Assembly (NCBI GenBank): GCA_964016885.1 | Contig: OZ024743.1 | Span: 144,770,001-144,834,000, forward strand | Direction: 5' to 3' | Length of the DNA: 64,000 nucleotides | Origin: Eledone cirrhosa | Taxonomy: Eukaryota | Part shown: positions 51,560-62,079 of the stretch, one piece after another | Layout: each line of letters begins with the position of its first letter | Numbering within the stretch: the stretch's first letter is position 1 | Position numbers and translations under genes: made by a program | Notes under the pieces: generated by a model | Told to the model about the DNA's origin: nothing | Databases searched by the model: none | The model's input: only the letters and a program-made list of their open reading frames with translations

Positions 51560-51676
51560 ATGGCGTCTACTATGCGTCGAAATATAGTGGGGCATATTGT
51601 TAAACGAAGTACAGTCAATCCTCATGCCTACCGAGTAGACTGTTTGCGACTTAATTTAGATAAATATCTCTTAAAG
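51560..51676 (+). CDS. MRPS17: Mitochondrial ribosomal protein S17 (uS17m), coding exon 1 (MASTMRRNIVGHIVKRSTVNPHAYRVDCLRLNLDKYLLK)
   Basis: ATG at 51560; 117 nt ending in AAG|GTAATG. LRLNLDKYLLK resembles the MRPS17 motif RLVLDPYLLK. Confidence 0.88.
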
Positions 51677-54556
51677 GTAATGTTATTTTTTAAATCTATT
51701 ATTTGCTGACTTACTCATAATTTGCTCAATAATGTAAATAAGAGTCAATGTTAGGTGATTCTTTGTATTACGATCGTAAACTCAACAATAAAAGAATACA
51801 GAATCAAAACAGAACCATTAAATAGAACATCTACATGATTTTTTTGTTTTGGCGCCTATTCAAACAAGATCTGGTGGGTTTATTATTACATTGAATCAAA
51901 CTAGCATTCATATTGTCGGTGTTTATATTGTATATTCTTCTGTTGGTTTCAGTTTGTATTGTATTCTTATATTCTTTTGAGTTTACGGTTATAATATAAA
52001 AATTACCCATCTTATTAAAGAGAAGCTCATATATTTTCAGACTTAGTAATTTCTGGAACCACCTTTTAACCTATTTTGTAAAAGCATCATCGTTCAATCC
52101 TTTCAAATCACATCTTTATAGAATTTGAAATGAATTTCTCTCTCCTTAATTTAAATGTTACAAAAAAAAGTAAAGAACTAAACTAAAAATACTGCTCTGG
52201 TTGTAACATTGTCGTTTACAAAAGTAGCAAAACGAAATTACGACACAGCTTCGATTCTCATTTAGAGCTTATTCGCTTATGTCCCTAATGTCCTTGGGAA
52301 AGTTATAGTCTACATAACTTCCGGTTCCCTAAATAACAGGAATGTGATTAATCATATCAGAACTTTGCCTTTCATCCTTACTGGGTTGATAAAATAAAGC
52401 ACCAGTAATGCACTGGGATAATTTCTGGCCTTGTACCAAAAGTAGAAACAATTATTTGTGTATAATAACGATTTATGATGGATTCGCAGAAATAGTAGAG
52501 CAGCGGACAAAAATACATTGAGGGTTTAATCTTGCTTTTTACATCCTGAGTTCAAATCCGATTGTGGTCGAATTTGCGGACAAAAATACATTGAAGTGTT
52601 TAGTCTCACTCTTTACATCCTGAGTTCAAATCACATCGTCGTCGACTTTACCTGAACTATTCTGGTTGATTTTACCCTATATTTGAGGCCTTGTGTCTAT
52701 GTTAGAAGTAGTTGTAAAAAATAAAAAGAGAAGAAAAAATGATGACTCGGAAATCAAAGAGACAGTAGGTTCCGAATAGTCATAAAATCAAATTTACTTC
52801 GGCATTTTTATAATACTTCTGGCGATGTATTTGATTTGCCAGGTTTTAGATATGAAATCGTGTGTGGAAACAAATATTGTTATTATAACAATATATTACA
52901 CCTATTAATTCTTTTGGTGAATTGGCAGTATCGGTAGAGGGTCGGACGCCATGCTTTGACGCATAGATATACGGCCCTTGCCATTCTGAGTTCAAATCCC
53001 GCCGAGGTTAACTTTGCCTTTCATCCTTACGGGGGTCGATAAAATAAAGTACCAGTAATACACTGGGAAATTGCTGGCCTTGTGCCAAAAGTAGAAACAA
53101 TTAATTCTTTTATCGTCACCAAATGTGACTGGAAAGTATAAAATGGACAATCATCATCATCATATCCCCACGACTAGCATCATAAACCGGGTGCATTTTA
53201 TCATTGCACCAGCACTAGGGGTCTGTCATGTCTTTGACATAATTGAAGAGTTCTCTAGTTCTTGTACTGACAGTGGTTGCTGTATTAGACTGCCATACCT
53301 ATCATCATCACTGATTAACGTCCATTTTTCCATGCTAGCATGAGTTAGATGACTTGTCCCGTTTGAGACAAGTCAGGTCAGGTGACCGAGTCTTGCTCAT
53401 ACACAACTATTTTTAGCTTGGCTTCTACAGCTCGGTGTCGTTCCTAATGCCAACCACATTTACAGTGTGGACTGGGTGCTTTTTACGAACAACCAAGTAT
53501 TGAGTTGAATGGAAAATGTATAAGGAGAATCAGATGCTATGTAAAAGAAATAAGACTGGTTTGGTATTGACATGTGATGCTTATGGAAAATGACAGCTGC
53601 ATAAAGAAGTGTAGGGCATTCAAAGTTTATAGGATCTGTAGAAGAAGAAGACTAGGAAAACATGGAACGATGTAGTGAAGATGACCTCACAAAGGAGATG
53701 ACACAGGATCATGTTGACTGGCAATTTGCCATACTACAAAATAAGCATGTTTATGTAAATGCTGAGATATATTAACATTTAGGTCTCTTCCACCAATATG
53801 TATCCTCCCACCACATTGGTCTGCCTCCTCTCACATCCTTGATTTCTTCCCTTCCTATCTAAATTACTCCTACCTACCCTCTCTCATTCTCACTGCCCAC
53901 ACAACTAAAAACAGCTTAGATTTAGTTAAATTCTCACTACCCTCTAATGCCCACACACCCCATTCCCACTGAATGTTTCTGACCACATCTTAGCCTCATA
54001 TATATCCACCAGTCTTGCAAATCTAAACCTCTTTCACCCAAACCCACTTTGAGCTGCCAGTTGTCATTCTTCCTCTATTCATGATTACATCCATACCCAA
54101 CATTTATTCTCATTCTCTTTCCATCTTCTCTCTGAATGATTACCCTCTTGGCAAGCAATATCTAGCTGCCATTGCTCCCATACCCACCCAGTGCTACTTC
54201 TGCTATGCTCTTATTACTTAGTGCTGGTTCCATGATAGAATGCATCCAGCTCATTCTGTAAAATGGTAGTGCTGGTTCCGCGATACCCTGCCCATGCTAT
54301 AATGGGGGTTGTGTTAGGAAGGGCACCCAACCATAGAAAACCATGCCAAAATTAAATGTATAAGAAAGACATGGTCATTTGACCTGTCTAATCTCAAACC
54401 ATGATAACTTGTCCAACTGATGATTGCATGGAAAGTGGACCTAAAACAATGATGATGATGATATATATATATAAAAGGTAAACAGAAATAACAACACAAT
54501 CGGTACAGTATATGGAAGGAATATATTAGGTTAATGCTTGATATAGCAGGAAGAGG

Positions 54557-54594
54557 GTCTTAATGTTTCGGACGCTAGTCCTTCATCAGAAGAC
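54557..54594 (-). ncRNA. Degenerate minimal hammerhead motif in a probable Penelope-like terminal repeat remnant (about 54470-54655)
   Basis: Minus strand reads GUCUU-CUGAUGA-A-GGAC-UAGC-GUCC-GAAAC-AUU-AAGAC. Stems I and II pair. Stem III ACAU looks like CpG-decayed ACGU. Confidence 0.65.
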
Positions 54595-54765
54595 GGAATG
54601 AGAAATAAGATAGATTGAAGGGATGGGCAGGGTGGAATTGGAAAAAAATGTCTTTAGATAAAAATAACAGATCCATTCATGTTGACATCTCTTGATATAT
54701 ATATATGTATTTATTTTTATTCTTGTATATCATCCTTTCTAAATATGTTAATTAATATTTTTCAG

Positions 54766-55002
54766 TTCTTTAACAAGCGTACTTCCATCTGGGCACTTGA
54801 TCCACAGAAAATCTGTAATATTGGAGATGTAGTTGTAATTGACAAATTGAAAGAACAATACTCTGTTCAAATCACTCATCAAGTCCAAAGTTTGTTGTTC
54901 AAAAATGGTGCAGTAGTGGACCCTATCAGTGGAAAACCATGTAGTGGAACTAAGTTTGTTGACATGGAAATCAGAGAAAAACTACTAAAAACTTTTTCCT
55001 GA
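54766..55002 (+). CDS. MRPS17: MRPS17 coding exon 2 (FFNKRTSIWALDPQKICNIGDVVVI...GAVVDPISGKPCSG...KTFS*)
   Basis: TTTTCAG acceptor, phase 0. FNKR, C..GD.V and G.V.DP..GKPC motifs are typical of animal MRPS17. This is the 3' part of ORF 54679..55002. AATAAA follows at 55095-55100. Confidence 0.93.
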   Translation, partial: FFNKRTSIWALDPQKICNIGDVVVIDKLKEQYSVQITHQVQSLLFKNGAVVDPISGKPCSGTKFVDMEIREKLLKTFS

Positions 55003-55094
55003 TACATCAGGTTTAGTTTTCTTAAAACGTATCATCTCATGGACATTGTGTTAGGCATTTAATATCTGACTTTGTTATTTATAGAAATTTATTG

Positions 55095-55100
55095 AATAAA
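55095..55100 (+). terminator. Putative polyadenylation signal of MRPS17
   Basis: AATAAA 93 nt after the stop codon, followed by T-rich sequence. Confidence 0.6.
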
Positions 55101-55572
55101 TTATGTTTTCATATTATTTAGATTGTTTTTCCTTTTATATAATTTTGAAAACGCCTGAGATTTATTTACATTTTTGTTTCATTGTGTAGGGTCCATAGCT
55201 TTTTGAATCTAGCTGATGATTCTAAATCCTCCATATTGCTATTAGTCAGATATAATACTAATCTTTAGTTCATGTTACCTGGGTTCTTTTCTCTGATACA
55301 AGTGTGTGATTTGAAGGGAATTTGACTGTTATTTATAGCATAGAGGCTTCCTTGTGGTTTCCTCATGGAAATTGAATGGTGTATATTATCCCAGAATACA
55401 GTGAAGAAGAGCAAGCTAAACTGTTTTTGTAGGCAATAAAATGTACCTCAGTCAAATTTGAATATGGAATATCATCATCATCATCATCACCATTTTACGT
55501 CCGTTCTTCCACGCTAGCATGGGTTAGACGGGTTGTCCTGTTGTGGGCAATTAATGGAGTGTAGAGAAATTT

Positions 55573-56325
55573 GTTTGTATTCCCGATCGTATTCTTTCAG
55601 TTATTACCCAAAATTCATGACCATAGGTAAGGGTTTGCATGAAAACCGAATTGAAGATAGCGAGTTTGGCTTTTATGCCTACCTCACTTCTGATTACTGA
55701 ATGCTGAATCTGGCACATTACTGCACCAGCTTTTGCCACTCTTGCACTTAATTCAGCCTCCATCACTCATGAACACGGCCCTGAGATACTTTAACTCCTT
55801 TACCTGCTTCAGTGGAACTCCATTCATATGTAGCATGCACTGCGCAAGATTCCTTTAGAGGACGAGTATCTTGATTTTCATTCCAGTCATGCAGCACTCG
55901 GCATCAAACCTGTCGAGTAAAGTAACACCATGTCTGCAAATTTCAGCAGACTTATTTTACACTTGCCAGTTATGATACCACTTCCAACCCGGCTGCGCAT
56001 GTTAATCCTGTTAATGGAAATAATGACAGGAGAGGTGATAGTATGCACCCTTGGCGGAGTCCGACTCCCACGTGGAATGGTTTTCATTTAGCACCATTTA
56101 TACTGAAATTTAGCGGTTGAAATGGGTTTCCTCTGAAGGATCTTTGGATAAGGTTACTCGATAAAGTGCATAGTTCGAAGATTAGAGAGTCACTCCAGGA
56201 AGAGCCGCTACCTCTCCAAATTGAGAGATCGCAGCTCTGATACTATGGGCATGTGGTTAGAATTTCTTGGGGGAAAGAATCACTGGACAGATTTTACAGG
56301 CAAAACCAGCTGACAAGAGACCCGC
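55573..56325. mobile_element. RTE fragment with an inverted 5' part (55573-56108 minus, 56111-56325 plus)
   Basis: Same subfamily as 8270-9490. The minus piece ends at ERIRSGIQ and the plus piece starts at AVEMGFL. Confidence 0.8.
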
Positions 56326-56861
56326 ATATGACTTCCCTTTTAGAACCTGACAATATCTCAGCTCTGATCAGTTGCTGACTTTTAACAAATTCAAATAAAA
56401 GTTCATATATGCCTTAGTGCTGCTGTTGTACACAAACATTCTAGACTACATCCAACAGATGCCATTCAATTGATTGACAAAGATACACTGTTCAACACAA
56501 TTTCAAACACAAACACACAGACATGTATTTTTTAAATGTTTCTTCTACTGTTGCTACAAAAATATCTGCTTTTCTGAACTATTTAACTACATACCCTTCC
56601 CCCTTGACACTCTTGAACATACAAGCAAGACAAAATCCTCAGCACATTTAAGATAAAAGTGATCCAGAATAAGAATTGACTTAGATAATGACCTATCCAA
56701 CACAAAAGCATGGAAGGCAATTGTAAAATGAAAATGATTTAAAATAAAAGCTTTAAAGCATTTAAAAATTATGAAATCATTGTGGTTGTATGATACGCAT
56801 TCAATTTCTGGTCAATATATGTTGCTGGCTTAATTACAATAATTATATTTATTGGGAAGAG

Positions 56862-58010
56862 AATGGGATGCAGTTCAGATTTGTGCCAGGTATGTGTACT
56901 ACTGATGCCTTATTCTCAGGGAGACAACTGCAAGAGAAATTCTTAGCTACAAGTAAGCCACTCTATCGTTGTTGAAAAAACATTTGTATAGTTTGGTGGT
57001 TTTTAAAAAGATTAAGTGTCTATGAATATCGTGTGAGAGTAATGAAAACCACTAAGGTGATTATTGTATCATCAGTAAATTGATAGTTGGTAATAGAGTC
57101 AGTGAGAAAATTAGTGAACAGGTTGGTGTTCAAGTCTTGGTCGTCCACCCTCTCTTGTATGTTACAGTTTTCCAGGCCATTCTAGAGAAGTTTAAGTCTG
57201 GGTTTCTATGGGAAGTTCTGAATGTTGTTGATGTAATTCTTTTAGCTAAATCTGTAGAAGTTCTAGAGAAGAAATTCCAGACATGCAAATAAAATCTATA
57301 ATCGACAAGATTCAGAGTAAATTTAGTGAAAGCTAAAGATTTTGGAAGTAGGAAAGAAGACAAGGCTTTGTTGCCATCAGGGAAATAGCTTGCTCAATAT
57401 TCAAACAAGGAGTAGGAAAGCATTTCATATAGTGTACTCAATTCAAACCTTGGTACAAAAGGATCACTGGTTAACAGGAAAGATAGGCTCTATATGTGGT
57501 AGAGCACCAGTAAAATATCTTTTCAATGCCTAGAAAGCTCAGTAAAAGCAATTGATAGCTTATGTTACGTAGGTGGCCTAATTAGCAGTGAAGGAGGGTG
57601 TTTTGAAAGCATAGTGGTAAGAATAAGAACGGTGGAAAAAGTTCAGGGAGTTATTCTCTCTGCTGTGAACAAGGATTCTTTCTTGAAACAAAAGATAGAT
57701 TGTATGGTGTTCGTGTTTGTTGCAAAATGCTGCACGCTAGTGAAGCATTGAGTGCAAAGGTTAGAAAGAAGCTAAACGAGTATATTGTACCTCTAGGTGT
57801 GGGATGTTAGTATGCATTAATGACAAAGCACAGAGGAGTTGAGAGAAAAACTGAATACAAGAGGAACCGGATATTACATGCAAAAGAGAAGATTGTACTT
57901 GTACAGGCATGTAATGCATATAGATGATGACAGTTGTAAAGAAGTGCCAGAAGTTTCAAGGAGACGGAAACTGTAGAACAGGATAATCAGGGCAGAAGTG
58001 TTCAAAGCAT
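56862..58010 (+). mobile_element. Old RTE LINE fragment
   Basis: MQFRFVPGMCTTDALF..RQLQEKFL and downstream RT motifs, heavily decayed. Confidence 0.75.
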
Positions 58011-58760
58011 GGAAAAAGGGAATTTAAAATGATGCTGGTGATAATTTCTTTCTTCATACCATGCAATCCTTACGTCGAGTGTATGGCATGAAGAAAGAAA
58101 TTAAATGTCATGCAATATATTCAGATTAATTAAAGAACAGTCAGAATCTGCATAAAAGAACTATCAATTATCATTTCTAAACTGTCACATCGCCATTCAT
58201 TTATAGCATTAAGTAGAATCAAGCCGACGAGAGAACCTCCGTTGGCTCGATTTACGAAAAATAGAAGCTAAATCTCTCGGAAATCACAGCCTACTACCTT
58301 AAAAACAGAAATATACATTAGAAATGAAATCCTGATTACACTATGTTTGAAGAAAATGAAATGGTGATAGCTGGAGTATATTTGATATTAGGTCTACTAG
58401 ATTGATACAAACCGAGGAACACAACATATATACTGTTAATTTCAAATGTCATGTACAAAGAAGTCTATCTTCTGTTTTCTGGGATCAGTATAATAATGGT
58501 TTCTATTTTAAGCACGAGGCCGAAAGGATGACAGGCAAAGTTGACCATGGCAGGATTTTACCTCAGAATTCAGAAAGTTGTAACTAAATACTGCAAAACA
58601 TTTTGTCCGATATTGCCAATCGGTTTCAGGTTGATTCTTAGTTATCTCCCTTGAAATCGTGTTCCTATCAGTGTGTATTAGTGTATAAACTATCACTTGT
58701 TTGTATTTAAATACAAAACAAAAGGTGCTGATGCAAAGGGCAAATATGTACATGTACATG

Positions 58761-58792
<32 letters not shown>

Positions 58793-59072
58793 AGTGGTTA
58801 CACAACAGTTAGTTCACCATACTTCTACCTAACTCGTCCCTTGGACTGAGTGTTCTACCAGTACGGATATTACCTTCCAGTGTTCCACCACTATATATAT
58901 ATATATACAATATACAATGATATTAAATAAATGGAAACTATATTTATAAAACCATATTTATTTTATTATATATATTTCAAGTAATCTGTTGAGTGCTCTA
59001 AATCAGTTATAAACATTTATGTTTGTCGGACTTCCAACAAATTAAATACCACTTCTACTTATATATATATAT

Positions 59073-59440
59073 ATGCGAGGAGGGCTGCAAAGGTAGGTGT
59101 ACAGTAAGGAATATACCAGTATTATAATATTGGTGCTAGGATTAATTTAATACTAGAATTCATTTAATTCATTAAAATCACCGTTACTATTTTTAATATT
59201 TTCATTTACATAATTTTTATTATAATACATCTATTATTTGCAGATAAAGTGGCAATTTAACAATAGCTAGTAATTTAGCGGACGAGGAGCGCAAATGGAT
59301 TTTGAAACAGAACTGGAAGACAAAGAATAGTGAACTTGTGCGAGAGCAGTGGCGAGAAACATTTGCCACCAACGAGGCTTACCAGAACGCCGTACTGTTC
59401 TTTTACCGCAGAACATCAAAAGAAAACTTTAAAAAGACTA
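59073..59440 (+). mobile_element. Tc1/mariner-superfamily 5' fragment
   Basis: TA-adjacent terminus (...AAAGGTAGGTGTACAGTA) and N-terminal HTH-like relic EERKWILKQNWKTKNSELVREQWRETF. Confidence 0.5.
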
Positions 59441-60517
59441 TCAAGCGCATAATCCTCTTGAAGCTATGTTTAGGTATTCTCCAGTCTAGGAATGTCTGTG
59501 GGAGAAATAACTTTTTGGGGGTGGGGATTAACTAAAAAAGAGTTGATGCAGCATGGCCGAATAGCAAACGAGTTCGCTTTGCAATCGTTAGGTTCAAGGT
59601 TGGATCCCACTGCATGGCATCTTAGGTAAATGTCATAACGTTGGGTAAACTCATGCATGCCTACCATGGGTAGACAGAAACTGTTTGGAATCCTGTCAGA
59701 TGAACTGTGCTAATAATTCAAAGGGCCAGTTTTGTCACACACTGTGTCACGCTAAATTTCCTTGAGAATTACGTGTCTGCGGAATGCTCACGACAAACCC
59801 TTCCGTTGATCAACCAACTGGAACACTCATAATCGAAACCGATGGAGGACCATTCTCTCTTCTAACTTAAAAAGAAGAAAACGAAACACTTATAGTTTAT
59901 ATTAAAGATGAAGATAGCTTAAAAACTCTCAAATTCCCCACCATCAGATTGACTACAATATAACTACGTGGCAAATAATCAAAACTCTTTTCAGCTCACG
60001 AAGGAACTCCTAGTTTCAAATTTTATTAATTTTTTTTATTAATTCCTCAAATGTTATTTAATCACAGATCAACTCTGGTTGAGCAGACTTATGATCAAAG
60101 ATATCACATATTTTTTTAGACATAGAACTATATTACAAAATGTGTCTTTCCCCTTTTTTAAATAGCAGGTGTAATATGAGAAAGATTTGGCTGTTTTTTT
60201 TTCTAGCACGTCGAATAAATGACTTAGTGGCTTTCTCGTTGGTGCAAAAGGATTCGCCTTAATGAAAGCGTGTCGTGGTTTCACCTACAATATATATTAT
60301 TCCTTTATCGAACCAGCCTGCTACACATCACAGTAAAATTACAGCATAATGTATTTAAAATGAGAGAACGCATTGCATAATGTAGATGCAGATACGCTAC
60401 TGCTAAAAGAAAACAGGATGGTCATAGTTGGAACACTTTTGATTAAATTATAGTTTTACTCATTTATTGTGGATATTGGGCTAAACAAAAAAACTATTAT
60501 CATTGCTTTATAGTATA

Positions 60518-61583
60518 CTAGCAGTGTATCCCGGCGTTGCACGGGTAAGAAACTTGTTTTATTTGGAGAAAATTAAGAAGTTAAAAGTACAGTTTAGCTG
60601 TCTACGTGCATTGTTTCATAGAAATATTGTTGAGCCCCTTCTTTTCATACTCCTCTGTTTTGGCCTATTAGAGTAAATGTGAAAAAGAAAGTCACAGGTT
60701 AAGTTGGCAGAAGGTTCCAGTGCAATAGCAGTAAGGCGTAGGCTACTTACCTCAAAAGTTCATTCGCACTCTTTCCACTAAGTTACTCTTTCTCTCTATC
60801 CTTCTCGGTACAGTCCCTTGCGAATTTCTCGCGTAAGCCTGGTATAGATTTGCACCCGATCCAGCTGCCCGATGCACATGTCCACTTTGTACGGCCTTTT
60901 GGAGGAAGGAGTGACCAGCAGTACGTTGTTCGGTATTATTACGAAAAAGTGTAGCAGAGAATCCCGCGTGAAGTAACAGCACGGGGGGTAACTGCTTACC
61001 TCGAAGATTCATTCGCCATCGTTTGTGTCAACGCTCCGTTTAGTTGGTATTTGTTGGTCTACAGTTAGATGAATGGCGTACAAAGGTTAATGTTTATTGG
61101 CAAGAAGTGGTAACTGGGCTGGCTTGCCTCGCTTATATTATATATTAAAATAACAGATTAAAGTTTAAGCAAAGAATCGCTGCTTTCACCTTTAACGGGA
61201 TCTTCTGAAACCAAAAAAATCAATCTGTGAACGTAGAAGTAAATATTTCGAAAAACGTTGCAACCGAAGGAAGACGATACTTTGGCAATGAACGGAAAAT
61301 AGCGAACATAATACGCCATCAATGTTTGTCATAATCTCGAAATGCAGACAGCCAGGCATACAGAAAGATATTATAAGGGTGCGACGGAGATCGATAACCA
61401 GCGCCTAACACCCCTTTAACAACAGAAAATTGAAAAATAAAAGCTGCAGTTAATATCTTTAGACCGCAAGGAATATATAAATGCAAGTTTGAAGTCAATC
61501 GGAGTAGCAATGTGGATTTGTATAGACTTTGCAAAAATAAGGACACACACACAGACAACTACAGTTTTATATATATGTATAGA
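60518..61583 (-). mobile_element. Non-autonomous Helitron (1066 bp)
   Basis: On the minus strand it begins A|TC at 61583 with (TA)/(TG) repeats. It ends with hairpin CCCGTGCAACGCCGGG (60530-60545) 12 nt before CTAG|T. No TSD. Confidence 0.85.
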
Positions 61584-62079
61584 TAATTAATTCAGTGCCT
61601 CACGATTCTTACATATAAACTATCTCTGAAGTCAGTTAAATATTACCTTTTTACAAATAGTCACTGCAATCAGCAAGGAAACAAGGTTTCCTTTAAAGTT
61701 ATTTCCCTTTAATTACATTTAGCATTAAAGAACAATCGTTAATATTCTTTCTGGAAAACGTTTTCACAGCTTCGTTTGACTTTAGGGCGCCAATCCATAT
61801 TTAAAATGCTAAAATATATATGTATTCATATTAGATTCATTTTTCTTTTACCGAGGGTACGAAACATTACCACTTTTTATAACTAAAAGTACTTAAATGA
61901 AGTTTTCGGCAACAATTTGTATCATAAAATAAATTAAAATTGTCAATTTTAACATTTATTATTTTCTTTTACTCTTTTACTGGTTTCAATCATTTGACTA
62001 GGGCCTGTCATGGTACCGCTTTGAAGGGATTTTAATCAATCACATCTAACCCAGTACTTATCTCTTTTTGTAGAAACTC

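Noticed and set aside
52504-52650. ~73-bp tandem duplication
   Set aside because: A local duplication within a decayed SINE head with no additional structure.
52915-53102. tRNA genes at A/B-box sequences (also at 8351, 50923 and others)
   Set aside because: No complete cloverleaf; they continue into SINE body and tail, so they are SINE heads.
54679-54765. N-terminal part of ORF 54679..55002 as the MRPS17 start
   Set aside because: Intronic read-through. A good acceptor at 54765 and a matching upstream exon at 51560-51676 explain the gene better.
60743-60770. U1 snRNA (TACTTACCT)
   Set aside because: Only the first nucleotides match and no U1 stem-loops follow. Better read as a minus-strand splice-donor-like motif.
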